DNA of 64,000 nt from Dehalococcoidia bacterium (GTDB lineage: Bacteria > Chloroflexota > Dehalococcoidia > Bin125), in contig OZ244861.1 in assembly GCA_965221065.1 (NCBI GenBank), forward strand, positions 1,697,566 through 1,761,565. The letters run 5' to 3'. A program made the translations under genes and the position numbers. This document shows, piece after piece, positions 1 through 10,000 of this stretch. The first letter of the stretch is position 1, and the number at the start of each line of letters is the position of its first letter. The notes under the pieces are model-generated. The model did no database searches. It had not been told where the DNA came from and was given only the letters and a program-made list of their open reading frames with translations.

Positions 1-2690
1 ACGTAAACGCTGGACATGTTGAGCTTGATGAGCGCTCCGAGATCGAGGGAGGCTTCGGCAAGGAAGGTGTTGCTGACCAAGACGGGCACGGGCGCATCGG
101 GTCCGACCAGGCGGACGCCACGCGGCATGCCGGTGCGTACGTCGCGATTCCAGCGATAGCGCATTCCGAACTCGCCGTCGCGGGCCTGATCGCTGTCGAG
201 TCGGGCGTCGTCGGGCAGTGGTCCGGCGCGGGTGGTGTCGGTGTAGACGGTCCAGCGGCCTTGTTGCTCGAAGCTCTCGACGATGGTGCTCTCGGCGAAG
301 CCGACATCGATGATGTTGTCGGGCACCGAACGGGCGGTCGTGAACTGCACGGCGTCGTAACCGACCGTGCCGGAGAAGTTGGTCGTGCCTGCGGTGCGAA
401 TGGAAATGCCCTGCAGCGTCCAGGGTCCAATGTGGGGACCGCCGGACCCGGCGTGGAGGTCGGCGTAAAGGAATCGCCAACCCTCTTCCAGTTCGACGCC
501 GCCAAAGCCTCGACCGCGAGGAAGACCGAGCAAGCCGACATCGCGGTACCGGCCTTTGCCGTCGCGCAAGCGGAGCGCGGGCGTGATGACACCGCTCGTG
601 TGGGGCAGCCAGACCCACATGCCGACGAAGGTGGCGTCGGCGGCGATGGTGATCTGTTCAACCTCGAACTGCGGGCCGGTCGCGCGGCTGACGAGCTCGT
701 GGATGTCCTGAACGGCGAAATCCTCGCGGTACCACAGGACGTTGGAGAAGGAATCGGGATCGATGCCGAGCACGGTGGCGTCGGTGACGTCGAGCGCGCC
801 TCGTGAGAAGGAGGCATTCTGCCGGACGACGAAGGAGGCGTTGCCGATGCCGGGCGCTTCGGCCAAGTCTTCCTCCAGCATCTGCACGGATGCGCCGCTG
901 CTGCGCACGTCGGAGAGACGCAGCGCTGCGCCGGACTGATACGCGGCACGATCATCGAATGACTTGTCCAGCGTGGCGCCGAAGGTCCCGCCAAACATTC
1001 CGAGCGAGGTTGCCATGATCAGCAACAACGCGAGTCGCCCGGGTTGCACCGGGGCGCGGGTCAAATGCCAGAGCACCATTTGCGTTGACGCACCGCCCAG
1101 GATCCGCGCGATGCCGCCAAATGCGGAGAGGACCAAGGGGAAGAGGCGCAGGAAGAGCACGGCCACGGTGACGACGAAGACGGCCGGCGCGATCAGCAGC
1201 AGCGGGTCCTGTTGCAAGCCGCCAAACAGGTCTTCCGTGACCAGCGAGCCAGACTCCTGGAGCTGGAAGAAGAGCAACGCGCCGACTCCGACGACGACGA
1301 GATCGAGGTAGTAGCGCTGGAAGACGGGCTTGTCCTGTGGTCGCGAGGTTGAGCGCGCATGGTGCACGACGGTGGCGCGGTTGGAGCGCCAGGCCGGCCA
1401 GATCAGGGCGATGAAGCTGAGCGCCGCGCCGACTCCGGCCCAGATGTAGACCTCGCCGGTCAGTTCGACGGTCAGCCTGGCCCCACCAGTCAAGCCTTCG
1501 AAGGCAGGTGAATGACCGAGGAATGCGATCGCTTCGCGAGCTACGATCGGGCCGACTCCTAACGCGAGGGCGACCAGCAACAGCCCCTCGAGCGTGGAGA
1601 TGGACATGATGTGGCCGAGGCCGGCGCCGCGCGACTTGAGCAGCGCGACCTCGGAGGACTGGCGCTCGACGACCATGGTCGAGACGAGGACGAGATAGAA
1701 GAGCACGATGCCGACGATCTGCAGGGTCAGCACCAGCAGCGGGATCGAGGAGAAGAACTCCTTGGTCTCGTAGTTGTTGAGAACGTTGACGATTTCCGTT
1801 TCGACGCGGGAGCGCTCGATCTCCTTAGCGATCGACTCGAACGCTGCGCGGAACTGGAGAGCGGCGAGTCCGGCCTGGTCCGCGGTAAAGGTTGCACGGT
1901 CGATGTGGGCGTAGACCTCGAGCCGGGCCCGCAGTTCGGGCATGTAACCGGCCATGGCGTCGATCAGTGAGGACCTGGGGGCGAAGAAGGCAAAGGCGTC
2001 GGTCTTTTCGGTGGGGACGAGGAAGTGATCGCGCCGGACGCCCCAATAGCGTTCGGTGTAGTCGATGGGGCGTATCAGGCCGACGACGCGGAGCTGGATC
2101 GGTAGGGCGTCGTCGCGCCAGGAGGCGTGGATATCGCGAGTCTCGCCGAGCGTGAAGCCTCCGGATGCGGCCGCATCAGTGCCCATCGCCACCTCGATGA
2201 CCGGGGGCTTGTCCGGGGTGGCGGCTGGGGCGGCGTCCGGCCAGCGACCGTCGACCAGTTCGATGCGGTCGCGCACGCCTTCGAACCAGAGCACCCGGGC
2301 GCGATCGCGCGGGTCCTCCTCGGGCGGGATGCCGCCGACGTCGGTCATGAAGAAGGTGGCGCTGGTCAGCGAGTGCCTGACGTCGGAAATGTAGTCATCC
2401 GGTATGCGCAGGCGGCGGTCAATGAGTTCGAAGGAGTCTTCGGCCAGGTTGCTTGAGAGGCCGTGGGCGGCGTTGAGGATGCGGACATCGAGCTCGGCGT
2501 CGGACACGCGGCGCAGGTCGGTCTGCAGGCCGAGGTCGCGCAGGGCGTTCCGGTAGATCGTGGTCGAGGCCATCAGGGCGACGGCGAGGATGACGCCGAC
2601 GGCGACGGCGGCCATGAGCCGCCGGTTGCCGTTGAGACGGCGGACGGCGATGCGAAACGCGGTGGGTAGAGACCGGAGGATGCCGCTCAT
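1..2690 (-). CDS. FtsX-family ABC-transporter permease, large type (3' end runs off the left window edge; about 896 N-terminal codons present)
   Basis: Absent from the ORF track because no stop lies inside the window. Reverse complement from ATG at 2690-2688 reads MSGILRSLPTAFRIAVRRLNGNRRLMAAVAVGVILAVALMASTTIYRNALRDLGLQ... Spot checks in the same frame stay open (around 1619: LGHIMSISTLEGLLLVALA; around 59: AEASLDLGALIKLNMSSVY). The N-terminus aligns with the 2901..6332 protein. Confidence 0.7.
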   Translation of the reverse strand, partial: MSGILRSLPTAFRIAVRRLNGNRRLMAAVAVGVILAVALMASTTIYRNALRDLGLQTDLRRVSDAELDVRILNAAHGLSSNLAEDSFELIDRRLRIPDDYISDVRHSLTSATFFMTDVGGIPPEEDPRDRARVLWFEGVRDRIELVDGRWPDAAPAATPDKPPVIEVAMGTDAAASGGFTLGETRDIHASWRDDALPIQLRVVGLIRPIDYTERYWGVRRDHFLVPTEKTDAFAFFAPRSSLIDAMAGYMPELRARLEVYAHIDRATFTADQAGLAALQFRAAFESIAKEIERSRVETEIVNVLNNYETKEFFSSIPLLVLTLQIVGIVLFYLVLVSTMVVERQSSEVALLKSRGAGLGHIMSISTLEGLLLVALALGVGPIVAREAIAFLGHSPAFEGLTGGARLTVELTGEVYIWAGVGAALSFIALIWPAWRSNRATVVHHARSTSRPQDKPVFQRYYLDLVVVGVGALLFFQLQESGSLVTEDLFGGLQQDPLLLIAPAVFVVTVAVLFLRLFPLVLSAFGGIARILGGASTQMVLWHLTRAPVQPGRLALLLIMATSLGMFGGTFGATLDKSFDDRAAYQSGAALRLSDVRSSGASVQMLEEDLAEAPGIGNASFVVRQNASFSRGALDVTDATVLGIDPDSFSNVLWYREDFAVQDIHELVSRATGPQFEVEQITIAADATFVGMWVWLPHTSGVITPALRLRDGKGRYRDVGLLGLPRGRGFGGVELEEGWRFLYADLHAGSGGPHIGPWTLQGISIRTAGTTNFSGTVGYDAVQFTTARSVPDNIIDVGFAESTIVESFEQQGRWTVYTDTTRAGPLPDDARLDSDQARDGEFGMRYRWNRDVRTGMPRGVRLVGPDAPVPVLVSNTFLAEASLDLGALIKLNMSSVY

Positions 2691-2728
2691 GCTGCCTCGC
2701 GAGGACCGATCATTGGGCCAAAGCGTAC

Positions 2729-2772
2729 GCCCCCCTCTGCCTTCGGCATCTCCCCCGGTGGCGCAGGGGGGA
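2729..2772 (+). repeat. REP-like double-hairpin intergenic element, copy A
   Basis: gcccccctctgccttcggcatctcccccggtggcgcagggggga. It has a small TGCC/GGCA hairpin followed by a TCCCCC/GGGGGA stem. Same 5' core as the copies at 6967, 27342 and 34491. Confidence 0.85.
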
Positions 2773-2845
2773 CCGTGAGATTGGTGAGTAGGGGTATGTT
2801 CGACCGCCTGGCCTTCGTAGACTACTAGGCGAACCGTCTGATTCA

Positions 2846-2875
2846 TCGCCGCCGCCGTACGTACGGCGGCGGCGA
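2846..2875. promoter_or_regulatory. Perfect 30-bp palindrome in the divergent intergenic region (candidate operator or bidirectional hairpin)
   Basis: tcgccgccgccgtac|gtacggcggcggcga is exactly self-complementary and is followed by gtttt. It lies between the divergent starts at 2690 (-) and 2901 (+). Confidence 0.5.
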
Positions 2876-2900
2876 GTTTTGAGCGAGTCTGCGTTCGTAG

Positions 2901-5900
2901 TTGGGGGTCCGGGTGGAGTCGTTCGGGGCCGTTCTCGGCTTTGTCATGCGGCGCATGCGCGATAGCTGGCGGCTGCAGTTGGTGATTGCCGCCGGCATCC
3001 TCGTGGCCGCGGTGTTGATGTCGTCGACGACGATCTACACGCGCGCCGTCTCGGACCTGTCGCTGACTGTCAGCCTGCGCGAGGACCTGGAAACGCGCCG
3101 GCAGATGTTCACGTTCATGAACGGTCTGCCGGTGGCCGGTGGCCCGAACGTGTCGGCTCGCGCATACGCCGAGGAATCAATCAGCGAGCGCTTCGGGGAG
3201 CTTGAGACGCAGCGATTGCGATTCCGCTCGACCGTGCCAACGTTGATCAACTTCCCGCTGAGGCCCAGCCAGGTCGTTCCGACTACGGCGTACTTTGCGG
3301 CGTTGGACGACGCGAACGACAACGTGGAACTGATCGACGGGCGCTTCCCGACGCCGGCGGAGCTCGATGAAGAAGGCTGGCTGCAGGGACCGATCGAAGT
3401 TGCGCTGACCGAGCGCACCTCCAGTGTGTACGGCATCGGGGTGGGCACGGAATGGCAGATCGTTGACGCATTCGATGAATGCGACCGCGAACCGGATCCC
3501 CCACCTGGCGGTCCGCCGCCACCGCCGCGTCCGCCCTGCAAACCGACCATGTCGGTCTCGCGCTTGATTCCGGTCGTTGTGACGGGGATCGTCGGTCCCG
3601 ACAACAGCGACAGTTCGTACTGGACCCGGGTACCGCGAGAGATCACGTTCGGCGTGTACTCCGGGCCCCCGCGTCCGCAGACGGTTCCGCTGATCATTGC
3701 GTCGGAGACGTTCGACGTCGCGATGGCGAGTGTGATGAGCGGTTACCTGGTCAACACCACGTGGATCTCGGAGTTGGACACCGACCAACTGAACGTTGCC
3801 GTGCTCGACGAGACGCGAGAGTCGTTCGACCTATTGCGCGAGGATCTGCGCTCGGTCGGCGGGGGCGTACGTTCGCCGATTGAGCCTCGGCTGGAGTCGT
3901 TCGTCAAGGATCTCAACTTCACCCAGGTGCCGATCCTGATGCTGCTGGCGCAGGTGGTCGGGATTGCGCTGTTCTACGTCGTGATTGTTTCCGGCGTGCA
4001 GGTCGCGGAGCGGCGGGAAGAGCTGTTCTCTATGCGTTCGCGCGGCGCGTCGATCGTGCAGGTGATTTCGCACACGGCGATTGAGGGGATTCTGTTGGCG
4101 ATCATCGCCGCCGCGGTGGCTCCGTTCATCGCGATGGGCGTGATTGGGCTATTGGGGTACACGCCGGTGTTCGAGTCGTTGACGGGCGGCCACACGATCC
4201 CGACCACGCTGACGGACATGGCGTTCTTGCTGTCGGCGGCGGGCGCGATCGTGGCGGTGTTGTTCACACTCGCGCCGCTGGTGATTGCGAGCCGTACGCG
4301 GGTCCTGTCGGAACGGCTGCGTAACGTCTCACGACCGGCCGGTCCCAACGCGCTGCAACGCTACTTCCTGGATGTCGCGCTGGTGCTGGTCGCGGTCGGC
4401 CTGATCTTCGAGGCCGATCTCAAGGGCACCGTGTTCGAGCGCAACAGCGTGGGCGGCCTCTCAGCCGATCCGCTGTTGTTGAGCACGCCGATCCTCTTCG
4501 CGCTGGCTGCGACGCTGGTGATTCTGCGGTTCCTGCCGTACATCTACCGGTTCTTCGCGTGGCTGACTTACGATCGATTCCCACTCTCGATCGCTTCGAC
4601 GTTGCGCTATGTGAGTCGCACGGTCGGTCCGGCGGCGCGGCTGACGATTCTGCTGATGCTGGGGGCTGCCCTGGGTACGTTCGCTGCTTCGTATGCTGAC
4701 ACGGTCGAGCTGTCGTTGGCCGAGCGGATCGAGTACGACAACGGGGTCGAATTCCGGGTGGAGTTGAACGATTCCGCCTATTCGACGGCGGCCGGGATTC
4801 GCAATCGTTTAGGGCCGATCGAGGGAGTCGAGGGCATCGCTGCGGTGCATCGCAGCAAGGTCTCCGCGGGGCGGAGCATCGGGACGGCGTCGAGCGTCGA
4901 ACTGCTGGGTATCGAACCGAGAGCGGCGGTCGAGATGATGTGGTTCCGCGAGGACCTCTCGCTGCTGAGCTTTGAGGAGCTGATCGCCACAATCGACGTG
5001 CCGCCGGTCGGTCGGGGGGTGAGCATTCCGCCGGAAACCCAGACTCTTCGCGTTTGGCTACGCATGGGCGAGGGGGAGTCGGACCAATCGCTCTGGTTCC
5101 GGATCCGCGACGGCGACGGTCGGTACCACACCGCAGGCGGACTGCAGATGCCGCCGCCGGGGACCCCCTGGACGGCGATGGAGATCGATTTCCAGACGGA
5201 GATCGTCGGTTCGGACGCCAGCGCGCCGTACTCGTTGCACGCGATCGCTATGAGTGAGCCGTTCGGCTTGTTCGCGGCGGAGCCGTCGACGATCTATCTC
5301 GACGCCGTCACGGCGATCCAGCCGGACGGACGAGAGCTGATCATCGAGGACTTCGAGAATCGGGGCTGGATCGAGTTCGTGCAGCGTCGGGGCACGGGCG
5401 ACAACATCGAGTTCGAGCAGGACGACGATCCGATCTCGGGCGAACGCGTGATGGCGTTCTACCCGGGCGTGGGGCAGTCGCCCGGTTTGCGAGCCGCCCA
5501 TTTCGCGGACCCGTCGTTCTGTACGAGCCGTCGCTGCACGATCCCGACGATCATCAGCGCCGACTTCGCGGAACGGCAGCGGCTGGAGGTGGGCGATCGG
5601 TATCCGTTGCGGATGGACACCATGGTGGTGATGGCGCGCGTGGCGAGCATCGTGGAGCTGTTCCCGACGCTGCGGCCCGACGCGCTGTCGTTCGTCGTGG
5701 CGGACTACGACGCGCTGTTCCACATGGGCTCGGTGACGGGCCTGCGTCCCTCGGTGACTCCCAGCGAGGCGTGGTTGGACCTGTCCGAGGACCCCGAGAT
5801 TCGGGCGGCTGCCAAGGAAGAGATCGACCGACCCCGTTACGCGTTGGGGAAGCTCTTCGATCGCAACGAACGACTGGAAGACAGCGGGCGCGATCCACTG

Positions 5901-6332
5901 ACGACCGCCGGCGGCTCGGGCATCCTGCTGGTCGCGTTCATTGCGATTTCGTTGCTGTTGGCGCTGGCCTTCCTGGTGTCGATGGCGGTCTCAGCGCGTC
6001 AGCGCCGGCTGGAGATGGCGTTGCTGCGGACGGTGGGCGTGGGCAACCTGAGCATCCTGATCCAGTTGTTCCTGGAGTACGCGATCATCGTCGGGACCGG
6101 TCTGGCGCTAGGTGTGCTGCTGGGCAACCGGATTTCGCAGTTGCTGCTGGCCTACCTGGAGATCGATGAGACCGGGCGGACGGTGCTGCCCCCGTTCCTG
6201 ATCGAGACGGACTGGCAGATCCTGGGGATTGCCTTTGCTGCGCTGGTCGGCGTGTTGATCATCGGGGTCGTGGCGACGTGGCGCTGGTTCCTGAAGTTGG
6301 AATTGAACCGTGAATTGCGGCTGACGAACTAG
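2901..6332 (+). CDS. FtsX-family ABC-transporter permease, large MacB-like type
   Basis: 1143-aa ORF starting at TTG 2901; the in-frame ATG at 2946 (MRRMRDSW...) is an equally plausible start. It has an N-terminal TM helix and a large extracytoplasmic region with the Pro-rich insert DPPPGGPPPPPRPPCKP. Two TM clusters are present, including the C-terminal LLVAFIAISLLLALAFLVSMAVSARQRRLEMALLRTVG, typical of FtsX modules. Confidence 0.75.
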   Translation: MGVRVESFGAVLGFVMRRMRDSWRLQLVIAAGILVAAVLMSSTTIYTRAVSDLSLTVSLREDLETRRQMFTFMNGLPVAGGPNVSARAYAEESISERFGELETQRLRFRSTVPTLINFPLRPSQVVPTTAYFAALDDANDNVELIDGRFPTPAELDEEGWLQGPIEVALTERTSSVYGIGVGTEWQIVDAFDECDREPDPPPGGPPPPPRPPCKPTMSVSRLIPVVVTGIVGPDNSDSSYWTRVPREITFGVYSGPPRPQTVPLIIASETFDVAMASVMSGYLVNTTWISELDTDQLNVAVLDETRESFDLLREDLRSVGGGVRSPIEPRLESFVKDLNFTQVPILMLLAQVVGIALFYVVIVSGVQVAERREELFSMRSRGASIVQVISHTAIEGILLAIIAAAVAPFIAMGVIGLLGYTPVFESLTGGHTIPTTLTDMAFLLSAAGAIVAVLFTLAPLVIASRTRVLSERLRNVSRPAGPNALQRYFLDVALVLVAVGLIFEADLKGTVFERNSVGGLSADPLLLSTPILFALAATLVILRFLPYIYRFFAWLTYDRFPLSIASTLRYVSRTVGPAARLTILLMLGAALGTFAASYADTVELSLAERIEYDNGVEFRVELNDSAYSTAAGIRNRLGPIEGVEGIAAVHRSKVSAGRSIGTASSVELLGIEPRAAVEMMWFREDLSLLSFEELIATIDVPPVGRGVSIPPETQTLRVWLRMGEGESDQSLWFRIRDGDGRYHTAGGLQMPPPGTPWTAMEIDFQTEIVGSDASAPYSLHAIAMSEPFGLFAAEPSTIYLDAVTAIQPDGRELIIEDFENRGWIEFVQRRGTGDNIEFEQDDDPISGERVMAFYPGVGQSPGLRAAHFADPSFCTSRRCTIPTIISADFAERQRLEVGDRYPLRMDTMVVMARVASIVELFPTLRPDALSFVVADYDALFHMGSVTGLRPSVTPSEAWLDLSEDPEIRAAAKEEIDRPRYALGKLFDRNERLEDSGRDPLTTAGGSGILLVAFIAISLLLALAFLVSMAVSARQRRLEMALLRTVGVGNLSILIQLFLEYAIIVGTGLALGVLLGNRISQLLLAYLEIDETGRTVLPPFLIETDWQILGIAFAALVGVLIIGVVATWRWFLKLELNRELRLTN

Positions 6333-6360
6333 CTAGGATGGTTTCAGGGAGCAAGCGAAC

Positions 6361-6550
6361 GATGAAGTCAGCGATCAAGCGCATCGGCGGTGCACTCTCA
6401 AGAGCGGCCAACAAGATCAGCGGCGCCGAAGCGGCGAAGCGTCGGGCAGCGAGACCGCGCGGGAATCGTCATCAGCGCGGCATCACGCAGGCGCACATGG
6501 AGGGCATTCGCACGTCGGTCGGCAGGACCAATATCGGCGGACTGGGATAG
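6361..6550 (+). CDS. Small basic hypothetical protein (about 62 aa)
   Basis: ORF 6338..6550. The internal ATG at 6361 (MKSAIKRIGGALSRAANKISG...) is preceded by GGGAG about 10 nt upstream. No recognisable motif. Confidence 0.25.
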
Positions 6551-6556
6551 GGGAGC

Positions 6557-6901
6557 TCAGACCCGTCTGAGCGGGCGTTTGCTGCTGAACCAGCTTCGGA
6601 TGTCGGGGATGACGAGGGTCGCGGCGGCGACGGGGGAGCCCCAGGCGATGCAGGCGACACCGCAGGTGGCTCCTGAGGCGGCGATGCCGAGCAGGGTGAC
6701 GACGACGGCCATCGGGGCGAGGGCGTACCAGGGGGCGGCGTCTCGTCGGCGGCGAGCCACGTGGAGGAGCATCAGCAGGAGGCCGGCCGCGGCGATTGTT
6801 GCGCAGATGATGTAGAGGCCGGTGGAGTCCTGGCCGATCAGGGTGGCGACGAACGCGGCGGCGATGCCTCCGGTAGTCAGGGTGGCGGCGAGGAGTGTCA
6901 T
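6557..6901 (-). CDS. Small integral membrane protein, hypothetical
   Basis: 114 aa with three hydrophobic stretches (LLAATLTTGGIAAAFVATLIG, LYIICATIAAAGLLLMLL, PMAVVVTLLGIAASGATCGVACIAW). Co-directional with, and downstream of, the VWA gene. Confidence 0.5.
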   Translation of the reverse strand: MTLLAATLTTGGIAAAFVATLIGQDSTGLYIICATIAAAGLLLMLLHVARRRRDAAPWYALAPMAVVVTLLGIAASGATCGVACIAWGSPVAAATLVIPDIRSWFSSKRPLRRV

Positions 6902-6966
6902 GGGATCATGGTAGCGGGGAGCGGGTCAGCGAATGAATCGCGGATTGAGGGAGTAGCCGAGGACGG

Positions 6967-7022
6967 GAGCCCCCCTCTGCCTTCGGCATCTCCCCCCGCT
7001 TGCGCGGGGGGAGAAGGGAATG
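6967..7022 (+). repeat. REP-like double-hairpin element, copy B
   Basis: gagcccccctctgccttcggcatctccccccgcttgcgcggggggagaagggaatg. It contains a perfect 9-bp stem TCTCCCCCC/GGGGGGAGA. Confidence 0.9.
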
Positions 7023-7042
7023 AAGAAGGGGGCGCCCAACCC

Positions 7043-10000
7043 TTAGCCGGTGAGGCGGCGGTAGAGGGCGGGGAGGCGGCGGGGGAGGGACTCGATGTCG
7101 GCGACAACCTCGTAGGCCATGTCCTGGCACATCTGCTTGAGGTAGTCGTGGCCGGCCCGGTCGACGGTGAGGGCGAAGGGGACCATGCCCTCGCGACGGG
7201 CCTCGGTGAGCGCCATTTTGGTGTCGTGGATCGCGTATTCCTTCTCGGTGCGGTCGCGGCCGTAGCCGTGGTCCTGCGGTCGCCCGTCGGAGAGCAGCAT
7301 CAGGATCTTGACCTTGGCGTCGGTGTTCTGCAGCTTCCAGATACAGTGGCGGATCGCGGGGCCCATGCGGGTCGAGCGGACCGGCGCGATCTTGTCGATT
7401 CGCTCTTTGATGCGGTCGCCGAACGGCTCGTCCATGTCCTTGTAGACGAAGAACTCGACGTTGTCACGGCCGTAGCCGGAGAAGCCGTAGACGCCGTATT
7501 TGTCGCCGATGGTTTCGAGGGCCTCGATCAGGAGGACGGTCGCCTCTTTCTCGAGGTCGATGATCCGCTTGCCGGGGTGGCGGGCGGCCTCGGCGCGTCG
7601 CTGGGCCCACCAGCTCAGGTACTTGCGCGGGTCGTCATCGAACTGGTCGTCCTGGCGTTGGTCGTGGTGCTTCTGGATCTCCTCGTCGGTTGAGGCGGAG
7701 ACGTCGAGCAGGAAGGCGACGGCGACGTCGCGTTCGACCTTGTTGCGGCGGTAGAAGAGCTTGGTCTCGGAAGTCGCCCCGGCGATCTTCTCCGTGTACC
7801 ACTCGATCACGGCGTCGAGGTCGTAGTCCTCGCCGTCGGTGAGGCGCTTCATCTTGCGGAACATCTCAGGGCGGAGCATCTCGAACTGCTTGCGCGTCTC
7901 CTGGACGAGCTGGGTGTGCTCGTGCAGGGTTTCGGTGTAGTAGTTTGAGGTGCCGGACTCGCCGCGCTGCTCCTGGACACGGCACCAGCGCGGCTTGTAG
8001 TCGGCGGCGCGGAAATCCCACTCGTCGTAGTAGAACGAGGCGGCCTCGACCGGCAGTTCTTCGCCGTCGTCGGCGCCGGTCGAGTCGTCGCCCATGGCCT
8101 GCTGGCCTTCCTGGCGCTCGCCCTGGATCTGGTTGACTTCCTTGAGCAAGTTGTCGAGGAACATACCGGACGACTCGGCCAGATCCATGTCCATCAACTC
8201 GTTGATCGAGATCTCGACGGATTTCTCCAGCAGTTCCTGGAGCTGTTCCTTGGTCAGCGGGATCGGCGGCGCGTCGCCGGTGCCGGTTTCACCCTTGAGC
8301 TTCATCAGCAGCTGGACGAGTTCGGGCTTGAAGTCGCCGCGGAAGTCGACCGGGTCGGGGCTGTCGTAGGGGCGTTCCTCGGAGCCGGGCATGAATGGCA
8401 TGAACGACTCTTCGAGTCCGGACGAACCGGAACCGGGCATCATGTCGGAGTCTTCGCCGTCGTCGGGATCGGCGGACATCTCCTGCTCGAAGTCGGACCA
8501 GTCCTCGCTATCGAGTTCGACGTTGGGAATCTGCGAGAGCCATTCGTAGAGCAGGGCCGTCGCGGCGGCGCTGTCCTGGACAGTGGCGCCGTCGTTGCGT
8601 ATTCGGTTGAGGATGCGCAACGGGGTACGCATCTCCTCGGCCAGCTCGTTCGGCCAGCGGATGCGGCCGATCTCATCGAGCGAGGCACGGAGCAGGTTCT
8701 CGACCATTGCCTGGCGGGCAGGCATGCCCTCCACCGGCCGGCGACGGTCAATCGCCGCCTGCTGCAGGCGTGAGAAGGCGCGGCGGACGCCGGCGTACTC
8801 GCGCTTCACGATCGTGTCGATTCGCGTGTCCTCAACGATCGTGAAGAGGTCGTGGGCGAGGCGACGATCCTCGAACTGGTCGAAGAAGAGTTCCATATCG
8901 GTGTGGATCTCACCCTCATCACCTTCAACCGCGGCGGGGGCGACACCGTTGCCGTGGCCGTTCTGCGTACCGTTCTGAGGCGAGGGGAAGAGGCTCGGAT
9001 CGAGTCGGGATTGGTACTCAAACGAGCCGAACTCGAGGCGACCGGCCTGGTGGGTGGCAAAGACCTTGTAAACCGAGAAGTTCTCTTCCTTGGTGGGATA
9101 GCGCTCGACGTTCTCGGGCAGGTAGATCGTGGTGCCTTCGGTGGTCGGGCTGCTCTCATCGACCCAGCCAACACCCTTGGCGGTCAGTTCTTCGGAGGCC
9201 TTAACGCCGACGTCGACGCCGGTCAGCGCCTTGCAGTACATGCGGATGAGCTCGGAGACACGGTCGAGGTCGACACGGCTGCTGAGCGCCTCCATGACCT
9301 CTTCGCCGCGGGCGGATTCGAGGCGGAAGAAGGCCTCGCCGCCGTCGCGCGACTGTTGGAGGATCTGCAGTCCGAATTCCTGCCAACGGGCGATGTCGTC
9401 GATGCCGAGCCGCAGGGCGACACGGGGCGACGACTTGAGGAACTCCATGGCCGCGTCGCCGGAGTGCTGAGCAAGCTGCTCTGCCAGTTCGAGCAGTCCT
9501 TCGTGGATGTCCTTGTCGACTTCGGACATGGCCTGCGCGGACTCGATGAAGTAGGGGTGGCCCAGCCGTCCGACCTGCATCGCGACCTGTCCGGCCAGCG
9601 AGAGGAATCGGGGCCGCTGCTCTTCGCCGACCTGGCGCAGGGCTCCCGGTCCGCGCTCGAAGTAGACACGAGCGTCGACCCAAGCGGTGTGCGCGACGAT
9701 GCCACCGAACTCGAGGAAGGGCGCACGGTCGGCGCGGTCGAGCTGCGAGAGCACGCCGGGGGCCATGCCGAGGCAGGCGGAGGCGAGCTCGTAGGAGTGC
9801 GAGGCGAGCGAGTCGATCAGGTCGACCAGCAGGCGCATCTGGGATAGCGGTAGATGGGGCAGAATCTGAGGGGACACGTCGAAGTACTGGGCGGAGAGCG
9901 ATCCCGACTTCCAGGTGCCCTTGTAGAGCGACTTGCCCTGGGAGGCCCAGTCGTTGGCCTGCGGCACTGAGAGGTGGGGCAGCACGGCCGGAGAGGCTCG

